From the human T2T-CHM13v2.0 reference genome, Homo sapiens, in the NCBI RefSeq assembly GCF_009914755.1, contig NC_060926.1: 64,000 nucleotides of DNA; one strand, 5' to 3'. A program made the position numbers and the translations under genes. The notes under the pieces were generated by a model. The model saw only the letters and a program-made list of their open reading frames with translations. It was not told the origin of the DNA and did no database searches. This document shows positions 53,481 to 64,000 of this stretch, in pieces (the first letter of the stretch is position 1; every line of letters begins with the position of its first letter).

Positions 53481-54579
53481 TGTTGAGAGAGGATCGGTAA
53501 TGGTTTTGACTGAAGAAGTGAAGGCCTGGGGTGGTCACCCTATGGGTGTGCCAAGAAAAACGAGGAAGGTGGCCGTGGGCTGCTGTGGTCAGGAAAGCAG
53601 GGCGGCCAGAGGGTCACTCTCTGCCCCTCATGTGGAGGAATGAGGAGGTGTTCTGGTCTATTTAACTGGAGACAGGAATCCAGGGATGATTCTTTTGAGT
53701 AGAGGGTGATCATTTAGTCAGAACAGGCTAGGCTTTGGGAGGCCAAGGGAGAAAGGGAAAGGTGCCGTGGCTCCTTCATAGTTCCTGCCACATCCTGGCT
53801 TTGGGCTCTTGGAAAAGGGAGAGGCTGGAGCCAGTCGGACCTGCAGGGTCCTGGGACGCAAAGAAGATACCGAGCCCATCCTCCATGGGGCAATTCAAGG
53901 CTGAGTTTTATTTTTTGAAATGATAGGAAACTTACATAATGCTAAGATTAAGGTCGATTCTTTCTAGACTTTCTGGTTGCAGAAATATTAATTAAAACTA
54001 AGCCTTCTTTTTATTTTGGATACCATGCTGTGCTGATGACCTCAGCTTTACTTACTCTGCCTGTTGGGAGACTGAACCCAGGAGTGTCTCAACCCTCCCC
54101 ACCCTTAAAACATCCAGGGAGCTCCCTGCCCCTGGTGGGGAGCTCTGCCTGAGCCCCAGGGGTGCAAGGTGTCACCGAGTGTCCACCCCCTGCCCAGCAC
54201 CCAGTGCAGCCCCCCTGGTGCTGCTCCCCTCACAGACACCTGCAGGAAGAGGTGGGAAACAGACTCCCTTCCCTCTCCCACTCTTGACTCTTCCTCCCCA
54301 GATCCACAGCAGGCTGTGCAGGTGTGCACAGAGCATACCACTAAAAGCTGGAGTGACTTAAGGGGAGGAAAGTGAAAGAGGAAAGTCAGGGTCGTGCCCT
54401 TGGGAGTTCGTCCTTAGAGACCAAGCAGTGCAGCCCCTGGCCTCATGGAGCCTGGCTTTGAGGAGCAGCTCATCTTCAGTGCCTTCTCAGTGTGGTTCTG
54501 TCCCTACTGCAGGGCTAGGCCATTCTTACTCATGGCCGGAGGGGAGACATGGGATCTTCTCACCCGCTGGAGCCATGCC

Positions 54580-55292
54580 TGTATTAGGCACTAGGGCAGC
54601 AGTAACAAACACCACAGACTGAGTGGCTTAAACAACAGAAATGATTGTCTCAGAGTTCTAGAGGCTGGAAGTCCAAGATCAAGGTGCTGGCAGGTTTGAT
54701 CCCTTCTGAGGCCTCTCTCCTTTGTATGCAGATGGCCGTCTTCTCTCTGTGTCCTCATATGGCCTTCCTTCCCTCTGTGTGTGTCTGTGTCCTCATCTCC
54801 CCTTCTTTCTTTCTTTCTTTTTTTTTTTTTTTTTGAGACAGAGTCTCACTGTGTCACCCAAGCTGGAGTGCAATAGTGTGATCTCAGCTCACTGCAACCT
54901 CTGCCTCCGGGCTTCAAGCGATTCTCCTGCCTCAGGCTCCTGAGTAGCTGGGATTACAGGCACATGCCACCATGCCTGGCTAACTTTTGTATTTTTAGTA
55001 GAGACAGGGTTTCACCATGTTGGTCAGGCTGGTCTCGAACTCCTGACCTTGTGATCCACCTGCCTCAGCCTCCCAAAGTGCTGGGATTACAGGTGTGAGC
55101 CACCACACCCAGCCTCATCTCCCCTTCTTATAATGACACTAGTTACACTGGATTAGGGCCCATCCTAATGACCTCATTTTACTTTAATCCCCTCCTTAAA
55201 GGCCCTATGTCCACACACAGTCATGTTCTGATGTATAGGGTGTTAGGACACCAACATATGAATTTTAGGGGACACATTTTAGCCCATGACAC
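54580..55292. mobile_element. MaLR MLT1-like LTR with Alu inserted (54815-55113, minus)
   Basis: tgtattagg...gagttctagaggctggaagtccaagatcaagg...ggggacacatttt; TSD tcatctccccttct. Confidence 0.82.
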
Positions 55293-55639
55293 TGCCCCTC
55301 TCCTATTTCTGGAGGCTGCATCTGTTTTTAGTCTGAAGGAGCCTTAGCCCTAGTAGGATCTGCCCAGAGGCAGGAGGATGTGGCAGCTTATATAAGGGGG
55401 TTTGGAGTGGGAATGGGAATTAGGGGGGGTCCAGAGTTTAGACAGGAGAAGTGACTTTGTGCTGGGTAGATGGTGGGGGCCATGCCTGGGTAGAGGGGTG
55501 GAGAGCATGGCCGTAGTGGGGCCATTGTAGGAGGGGGCTCCTCCACGCATCCTGTATTCCCCCACACTGCCCTCTTCTTCCCCATGGGTGGGCAGTGATG
55601 GCTAAGCTGGGATGCTGGGTGGGCCCTGTGTCCCCACAG

Positions 55640-55803
55640 GCTTCCTGGAGAAGAACCGAGACGTGCTGAGCACAGATATCCTCACCCTGGTTTACTCCTC
55701 CAAAAACAAGTTTCTGAGGGAGATATTCAACTTGGAGTTAGCAGAGACCAAGCTGGGCCATGGGACCATCCGCCAGGCAAAGGCAGGAAACCATCTCTTC
55801 AAG
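55640..55803 (+). CDS. MYO7B: Myosin VIIb exon 15 (GFLEKNRD...loop 2...HLFK)
   Basis: ccacag|GC ... AAG|gtgggc; 164 nt. Confidence 0.95.
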
Positions 55804-55932
55804 GTGGGCTCCCAGGCACCCTCCTGGGTCTGTCACCCCTGATGGCTACAGGGCCAGACAGACATGTACAGGAAAGACTGTTTTACTCACCTCTGGGTCC
55901 CCAGCATGCAGTTGGCACTTGGGAATCCTGCA

Positions 55933-57210
55933 ATGGATGGATGGATGGGTGAATGGATGGGTGGGTGGATAGATGGGTGAGTGGGTGGATGGGTAGTGGG
56001 TGGGTGGATGGGTGAGTGGATGGATGGGTGGTGGGTGGGTGGATGGATGGGTGGGTGGATGGATGGGTGGGTGAGTGGATGGGTGGATGGGTGTGTGAGG
56101 GTGGATGGGTAAATGGATGTGTGGTTGGTTGGTTGGATGGATGGATGGATGAGTGGATGGATGGGTGAGTGGATGGACGGGTGAATGGGTGGTTGGGTGG
56201 ATAGATGGGTGAGTGGGTGGATGGGTAGTGGATGGGTGGATGGATGGGTGAGTGAGTGGATGGGTGGTGGGTGGGTGGATGGATGGGTGGGTGAGTGGAT
56301 GGGTGGATGGGTATGTAAGTGGATGGGTGAATGGGTGTGTCGATGGTTGGGTGGATGGGTGAGTGGGTGAATGGATAGATGGATGGGTGGGTGGCTGTGT
56401 GGATGGGTGAGTGGATGGACGGGTGGGTGGGTGGATGGGTGAATGGATGGGTGGATGGGTGAGTGGGTGGATGGATAGATGGACGGGCAGGTGGCTGTGT
56501 GGGTGGGTGAGTGGATGGATGGGTGGGTGGATGGGTGGGTGGGTGGATGGATAGATGGATGGGTGGGTGGCTGTGTGGATGGGTGAGTGGATGGATGGAT
56601 GGGTGGGTGGAATGGTGAATGAATGGGTGCATGGGTGGGTGCATGTGGCAGCTTATATAAGGGGGTTTGGAGTGGGAATGGGAATCTGGGGGGTCCAGAG
56701 TTTAGATAGGAGAAGTGACTTTGTGCTGGGTAGATGGTGGGGGCCACGCCTGGGTAGAGGGGTGGAGAGCATGGCCTTAGTGGGGCCATGGGTGGATGGG
56801 TGAGTGGGTGGATGGGTGGTGAGTAGGTGGATGGATGGGTGAGTGGGTGGATGGGTGGTGCGTGGGTGGATGGATGAGTGGGTGCATGGGTGAATGGATG
56901 GGTGAATGGGTGGGTGGATGGGTGGGTGGGTGGATGGGTGAGAGGGTGGATGGATAGATGGATGGGCGGGTGGCTATGTGGGTTGGTGAGTGGATGGAAG
57001 GATGGATGGGTGGGTGGGTGGGTGAATGGATGGACGCATGGGTGGGTGGGTGGATGGGTGCTGGGTAGGTGGAAGGATGGGTGAGTGGGTGGATGGGTGG
57101 TGGGCGGGTGGATGGGTGGGTGGGTGGATGGATAGGTGTGTGAGTGGATGGGTGAAGGGGTGGGTGGATGGGTGAGTGGGTGGATGGATACATGGATGGG
57201 TGGGTGGGTG
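55933..57210. repeat. Degenerate (GGAT/GGGT)n array
   Basis: Direct reading; generates spurious H/P/T/S-rich ORFs. Confidence 0.95.
56643..56789 (+). repeat. Direct copy of intron 14 segment 55378-55525 inserted in GGAT/GGGT array
   Basis: ~148 bp with ~6 differences, offset 1265. Confidence 0.93.
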
Positions 57211-57339
57211 GATTCTTGAATAGGTAGATGCACCACCCCACCTGTGGGGCCTTGGCCGCAACCCTTGCTGGCCTACAGGGTCAGCTGTCCCAGGACATGG
57301 CTCCTGAGACCCACTTGTGCTCTGTGCTTCCATTCACAG

Positions 57340-57477
57340 TCTGCAGACTCAAATAAACGGCCCTCCACCTTAGGAAGCCAGTTCAAACAGTCTCTGGACC
57401 AGCTGATGAAAATCCTGACCAACTGCCAGCCTTACTTCATCCGCTGCATCAAACCTAATGAGTACAAGAAGCCGCTG
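57340..57477 (+). CDS. MYO7B: Myosin VIIb exon 16 ([11 protein letters not shown]...[10 protein letters not shown]...KPL)
   Basis: tcacag|TCT ... CTG|gtaatg; 138 nt. Confidence 0.97.
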
Positions 57478-58159
57478 GTAATGACAGGAGGCTGGGGCAC
57501 AGCAAAGGAGGGAGGAGGAGGAGGCTGATGGCCTCTAGGGTTGTGGTCACTCCCTCTGCCAGGGCCTGGCTAGCGTTAGAGCTGTTACTGCCCCTACCTT
57601 ACAGATAAGTACACTGGGGTAAGGTGACCAGACTAGGTCATGTGAAGGTCAGTGACCTGCAGAGCTTTGGGTTGCTGAGACCTCAGTTCCCTTAGCTCCG
57701 CCATGCATCTTCTGTGCGTTCTTGGCCTGGCTCTTTGCTGCTGTGAGCCTCAGTTTTCCCTTCTGTTAAGTCAGACTTGCTCCTGCCTGCAGGAATGCAC
57801 TGAGGGTTGGACATGAGGTTTGCAGTACATGTCCCATATGTAAACCACACTCAACAAAGGCAGCAATCAGTAATAGGACTTTAGAGGCTGACACCACTCC
57901 TTTCACCAGCCCTGCAGACAGTCAGCTTTACCTGCTGTGAGACGGTGAGGGGGTGAGAGCCCACACTCCCTGCCCACAACGGAGTCCCTGCTCCATTGGG
58001 TGGGGAGTCCCACCCAGAGGCCGCATATGCAGGGATTCCCCAAACTAGGAGACATCAGCTGAAACAATATAAAATGGTTTTATCCCCATAAGGGAATAAA
58101 AATATTACATGAAATTAAATGCTTTTTGGAAAGAATAAAACTATGTGAAATCGAGTTTG

Positions 58160-58447
58160 ATCTGGGTGCAGTAGCTCACGCTTGTAATCCCAGCACTTTG
58201 GGAGGCTGAGGCGGGAGGATTGCTTGAGGCAAGCCTGGGCAACATAGTAAGACCTTATCTCTGCAAAAAAATTTAAAAGTATAAAAATTAGCTAGGTATG
58301 GTGGTATGTGCCTGTAGTCTCAGCTACTCAGGAGGCTGAGGGAGGAGGATCACTTGAGCCCAGGAGGTCAAGGCTGCAGTGAACTATGATCACACCACTG
58401 CACTTCAGCCTGGGTGACAGAGCAAGACCTGTCTCTAAAAAAATAAA
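58160..58447 (+). mobile_element. AluJ-like SINE
   Basis: Sense Alu, aggtcaaggctgcagtga. Confidence 0.88.
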
Positions 58448-59343
58448 ATGGGGCTTGCCTTATGAAATCTAGGTTGCATCTTCCTTGAAGGCAAAATAGG
58501 CAGATGTGAGATAACCTATCTTGTTCCTTAACTGCTGGGAGAAGTAGCTGGGCTCCCAGAGACCCTTGGCTCGTTCAGACCCTGCCTACCTTGGGAGCTG
58601 GGAGTTGCAGGACAGGCAGGCAGGCCTGAGGCTGAAGCTCGGGGGTTAAGAGTGCCTCTGGCTGGGATATCTCTCATTGGTGGCTGCTCAGGGTTCAAAC
58701 CCAGGCTCAGCCCCTTAGAAGCAAAACCCTATGCCTCAGCACCTCATCTTTAAGTTGGAGCCAATCACCCCCACCAGGTAGGAATGTTGTAAAGATTCAG
58801 TGAGAAACACCAGGCCCATAGGAAATCGTCAGTGAAGCGCAGCTAAACACTTACCCGAGGCTAAGCTCAGTGTGGCCTGGACCCCACCAGCAGTTGGCGC
58901 TGTGACCCTGCAGGTGGGGTAACAGTGCCTGCTGGTGGGTTTGCCACATCAGAGGGCGTTCCCCAGGGTCCCTCAGAGACTCCTGGCTTGTAGGTGGAGA
59001 GGGGCTCTCTAGAATCCAAGCCATGGCAGAGTCTTGGAACCCCTGCTGAAGCCTGACACCCCAGGGAAGGACATCATGCCATTTCTCTGCCAGTCACACT
59101 CGCCTCAAAGCAAAAGACGGCTCAGCTCCCTGGGGCCAAAGGCCCTCCACTCCTCCGCCCCAGCCACTCCAGGTCTCACTCTGACCTCCATCTCCAGGGA
59201 GGGAGAGACTAAGTTGATTAGGATATTTTCTGCCTCTGAGTAGATTTATTTTTTCATTTAACTATTGTGAGGGAGGCACCATGAAACTGCAAGTGCCTGC
59301 GGGGCAGCTTTCCACCCCGACCTATGTAGGCAAGGGGCGCTTA

Positions 59344-59716
<373 letters not shown>

Positions 59717-59899
59717 TTACATTCACAGCGCTTCGAGTAGTTGACAGTGATGGGAGTGCTGTGTTTCTGTGGGTGCCACAGTTTCCATGCTATCGACTTT
59801 TATCTCCTTGACAACATTACGGGTTTTTCAACTACTTGCACTACTCTCTTCAAAATGTAGCCTTACTGAAGTCGCATTTGTTTAGTTCTTCCATCTCTG

Positions 59900-60500
59900 G
59901 AGGACAGTGGGGGTGGGCGGGGCGGGGGGCTGGACACACTGACCTCTGGCTGTGGGCCCGTGCCCGGTGGTGGGGTGCCGGGAAGGGGGGTGGCTGGAAA
60001 GTGGGGCTTGCGCTGGGTCAGCGCCCGGTGTCCGCCCACAGCTGTTCGACCGGGAGCTGTGCCTGCGGCAGCTGCGATACTCGGGCATGATGGAGACCGT
60101 GCACATCCGCAAGTCGGGCTTCCCCATCCGCTACACGTTCGAGGAGTTCTCGCAGAGGTTCGGCGTGTTGCTGCCCAACGCCATGCGGATGCAGGTCAGC
60201 GCCCCTCGGGGACGGTCACCTCTGGCCATCCGCGGCCTTCCCCTCGGCCTTGGGCACCTCCAGCCCCCAGTACCGAGGGGGTCTCCCGCTGCCCTCCCCG
60301 GCCCCAGCCTTGCGATGAGCCCTGTCCTTCCTCCCTCTCTCCTCCTCCCACCCTACCCTCTCCCTCTCCCAGCGCCGCGGAAGTGAGGGGGCTTTCCCTG
60401 GGGTCTGGGAGAGCTGGCGGCCGCAGCGGTTCCTTCTGGAACATGTCTGTAGTTGTACAGCAGACACGTTCTCTCCTACCGCGTCAGGGAGCCGAGGTGT
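59900..60500. promoter_or_regulatory. Intragenic CpG-rich island over exon 17 with GC boxes
   Basis: Dense CpG in exon and both intronic flanks; GGGGTGGGCGGGGCGGGGGG at ~59909-59928. Confidence 0.65.
60042..60194 (+). CDS. MYO7B: Myosin VIIb exon 17 ([19 protein letters not shown]...GFPIR...MQ)
   Basis: ccacag|CTG ... CAG|gtcagc; 153 nt; SH1 helix region. Confidence 0.97.
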
Positions 60501-60794
60501 GGCTAGAAAGCTACTGGGGCCCGAGGTTCTTCCTGTCCTGTCTGGAACCCTCAGCCATCCTGAGGCTGGGCCTGGCCTGGGCCGAGTCCCACAGCACATG
60601 GAGGCCCCGGGCCCCGAGTTCCCTCCTCACCCCAACCCCTATTCGAGGTTCCCGTTGTGCCTGTGCCTGGGCGGGGGTGGGCGGCAGCCCCTGATGGGGG
60701 AGCCTGTGGGAGAAGGAGGGAGACACCACCCCCAGAGAGCCGCCGAGGGGTCTCTGCCCCACCTCCCACCGATACCCCCGTTTGGTCTTGGCAG

Positions 60795-60893
60795 CTGCAA
60801 GGCAAGCTCCGCCAGATGACCCTGGGCATCACTGACGTGTGGCTGCGGACAGACAAAGACTGGAAAGCGGGGAAGACAAAAATTTTCCTGAGG
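60795..60893 (+). CDS. MYO7B: Myosin VIIb exon 18 (LQGKL...GKTKIFLR, converter)
   Basis: ggcag|CTG ... AGG|gtgaga; 99 nt. Confidence 0.96.
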
Positions 60894-61848
60894 GTGAGAC
60901 CCCGAGGAACCAGCCAGCTGTCGGCCTCCTGCAGCATGTGGGCTTGTCAGCTCTTGCACCAGGCCCGGGGTCCATGGTCCATGTGCCCTGAGCCAATGAC
61001 ACTGGGCAGCAGCTCAAAGTGTGGTCCCCACCCTCAGGGCACCCCTGGATGTAGAACATCACGCTAGGGGACAATGAGGTGGTGGTGAGGGTACTGGGGA
61101 GGGCCAGCCCAGCCTGTGGAAGCCCAGGAGGCTTCTCAGAGGGGTACCTAGGGCAAGGCCTGAGGGTGCAGAGGAGGCGCCTTCCAGCCACAGGGCAGCA
61201 CCCAGGAGCTCAGGGCGGTCTGCCGGTGTCCTGAGACCTGGCCTCCATCATGCTGGGAGCCACATCCTGCCATGCAGGCTTCCCTACACTGGGGAGGCCC
61301 AGCCTCTGCAGAGCCCGGAGGGCTACTGCTTTAGTGGAAGGGTGCTGTGTGTCAACTCTCCACAAAGCGACTTGTCCTTAGCGGGGCTTGTGCGAGCCTC
61401 ACCACCACAACCTGCCTCCCCCAAAATGCACAGGGAGCTGAAGTCACACAAAGGAAGCTTCGGGGCCCTCCAGAAGTGCCATTTGGGTCAGAGCCACTGA
61501 GGAGGGAACCTTCCTGTCCCCTAGTCTCATAAGCCTCAGCGGGCCAGCACAGTGAGAGGGAAGAGGAATAACTGGGAGCAGAGCTGGGAGGATGCTTTGC
61601 CAGCTTGCCTGAGCTCCCACCCATCCCTGCTGCCCCTTCCTCTTCCCCCATAGTGCCTGCCCACCTGCCCTTATGTGTCCTCAGAGGGACGTCCTGGCCC
61701 CAGCCCTCGAGTCGGTCTGTCTGTCCATTTGGCTGTGCAGTAGTCAGGCTGTTCTGGGTCTCAGAGGCTAAGATGCGCGGGAAGAAGCAGAGTGGCTTCC
61801 AATTTAGTGGGGGAGGCAAGGCCAGCAGAGGGACCATCTCAGTGCACT

Positions 61849-63330
61849 GTGGGTTTGTCATAAATGGCTCTTATTATTTTGAGGCATGTTCCTTCAATAC
61901 CTAGTTTATTGAGAGTTTTTTTTAACATAAAGCAATGTTGAATTTCATCAAAGGCCTTTTCTGCATCTATTGAGATAATCATGTGGTTTTTGTCTTTAGA
62001 TTTGTTTATGTGGTGAATTACGTGTATTGATTTGCATATGTTGAACCAGTCTTGCATCCTGGGGATGAAGCCAACTTGATCGTAGTGGATAAGCTTTTTG
62101 ATGTGCTGCTGTATTCAGTTTGCCAGTATTTTATTCAGAATTTTTGCATCGATGTTCATCAGGAATATTGGCCTGAAGTTTTCTTCTTTTGTTGTATCTA
62201 TGCCAGGTTTTGGTATCAGGATGCTGCTGGCCTCATAGAATGAGTCAGGGAGGAGTCCCTGCTTTTCAATTGTTTGGAATAGTTTCAAAAAAAAGGGTAT
62301 CAACTCCTCTTTGTACTTCTGGTAGAATTCAGCTGTAAATCCATCTGGTCCTGGGATTTTTTTCATTGGTAGGCTATTATTGCCTTAATTTCAGAACTTG
62401 TTACTGATCTATTCAGGGATTCACCTTTTTCCTGGTTAATCTTGGGAGGGTGTATGTGTCCAGGAATTCATCCATTTCTTCTACATTTTCTAGTTTATTT
62501 GCATAGAGGTTTTTATACTATTCTCTGATGGTTGTCTGTATTTCTGTGGGCTCAGTAGTGATATCCCCTTTATCATTTTTTATTGTGTCTATTGGATTCT
62601 TCTCTCTTTTCTTCTTTTTTAGTCTAGGTAGTGGTCTATCTATTTTATTAATTTTTTCAAAAAATCAGCTCCTGGATTCATTGATTTTTTGAAGAGTTTT
62701 TCGTATCTCTATCTCCTTCAGTTCTGCTCTGATCTTGGTTTCTTCTTGTCTTCTGCTAATTTTGAAGTTTGTTTGCTCTTGATTCTCTAGTTATTTTAGT
62801 TGTGATGTCAGGGCGTCAATTTGAGATCTTTCTAGCTTTCTGATAAGGGCATTTAGTGCTATAACTTTCCCTCTTAACACTGCTTTAGCTGTGTCCCAGA
62901 GCTTCTGGTATGTTGTCTCTTTGTTCTAACTGGTTTCAAAGAACTTCTTGATTTCTGCCTTAATCTCATTCTTTACCCAAGAGTCATTCAGGAGCAGGTT
63001 GTTCAATTTCTATGTAGTCGTGTGGTTTTGAGTGAGTTTCTTAATCCTGAGTTCTAAGTTGATTGCACTGTAGTCTGAGAGACTGTTATGTTTTCCGTTC
63101 TTTTGCATTTGCTGAGGGTGTTTTACTTCCAATTATGTGATCAATTTTAGAGTAAGTGCATGTGGTGCCGAGAAGAATGTATACTCTGTTGTTTTGGGGT
63201 GGAGAGTTCTGTAGATATCTATCAGGTCCACTTGATCCAGAGCTGAGTTCTAAATATCTTTGTTAATTTTCTGTCTCGATGATCTGTCTAATATTGACAG
63301 TGAGGTGTTAAAGTCTCCCACTATTATTGA
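61849..63330 (-). mobile_element. L1PA-like internal ORF2 fragment (EN to RT start)
   Basis: Minus ORFs 61839-62057 ([13 protein letters not shown]) and 62115-62366 ([12 protein letters not shown]...[19 protein letters not shown]). Confidence 0.9.
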
Positions 63331-63710
63331 GGGTAACATTTTTATATTGAAACAAGCATGGGGCTTTTACACGGTTGGATGCAAATGTCACATGAATTTT
63401 GGGAAATAAAACACAACTTCAGGAAAATTTTGTGCCCCCTCTTGAATTCTTCAGAGTAGAAATAAAGGATGCCAGATTGAATTAGCAAGAAGAAAGAGCT
63501 AATGTGGGAAGTTCTTGGATTGGGGTGGGAGGTATAGTTGCAGCTCCTGTCTCTGAGCAACATCAAGGTCACTTTGAGGGCCCCCTTCTCTGGCCTGCCC
63601 TCCTGGGAGAAGCCTGAGAGATGCTACCTTCGGGAGACAGAGCCCTGGCCCCAGGCAGGGGCTGTAGGGTGAGGGTGAGCAGCCCAGTGACGGCGTCTCT
63701 CCTGTTCCAG

Positions 63711-63805
63711 GATCATCAGGACACTCTGCTGGAGGTACAGAGAAGCCAGGTGCTAGACAGAGCGGCGCTCAGCATCCAGAAAGTCCTTCGGGGCTACAGA
63801 TACAG
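63711..63805 (+). CDS. MYO7B: Myosin VIIb exon 19 (DHQDTLLE...IQKVLRGYRY, first IQ motif); gene continues past window
   Basis: ttccag|GAT ... AG|gtgccg; 95 nt; IQxxxRG motif. Confidence 0.95.
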
Positions 63806-64000
63806 GTGCCGGCCCCACCCCAAGGCCCACCCAGCCTACTCCTGCCCACAGTGTCCCCACACAGGCCTGCAGCCCACAAACCAGGATCACATGTTCCCGC
63901 TGGGCCCTCCCTGGGGTTACTGAGATCTTCCAATGCCTTCCAACCAGGGACACTGCAGCCTATGTTGGCCAGAGAATTCAGATACATTATTGGAATGTTT

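Noticed and set aside
55883-57241. Long minus-strand ORFs of 253-449 aa rich in H/P/T/S
   Set aside because: Simple translation of the (CCAT/CCAC)n array; no stop codons expected, no domain
59960-60694. 244-aa alternative-frame ORF across exon 17
   Set aside because: Expected in a very GC-rich tract; non-ATG start, low-complexity product

Overview
Mammalian (primate, apparently human) genomic DNA containing the 5' part of the unconventional myosin gene MYO7B on the + strand. It holds a putative promoter and non-coding exon 1 (~2920-3068), a ~23.9-kb intron 1, and coding exons 2-19 (26951-63805). These exons have canonical GT/AG boundaries and splice into an uninterrupted 2339-nt frame (779 aa + 2 nt) covering the N-terminus, the whole motor domain (P-loop GESGAGKT, switch [10 protein letters not shown], switch II DIFGFE), the converter and the start of IQ1. 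The gene continues beyond the window. Introns are rich in Alu, L1, L2/MIR, MaLR/ERV LTRs and simple repeats. I see no evidence of a new multi-gene system. The most unusual signals are: (i) a 176-bp, ~94% identical copy of the exon 4 acceptor and 5' half sitting in intron 5 and forming a complete candidate poison exon; (ii) a second ~148-bp templated local insertion inside a GGAT/GGGT array, bracketing exon 15; (iii) a compact HNF4+CDX/TATA+Inr promoter cassette; (iv) a 32-bp minisatellite with an age gradient, split by an L1; (v) a 5'-inverted (twin-primed) L1PB-like element; (vi) an antisense HML-2 LTR5 solo LTR; (vii) an intragenic CpG-rich island at exon 17. Repeat family names come from recall of consensus sequences, and repeat boundaries are approximate.
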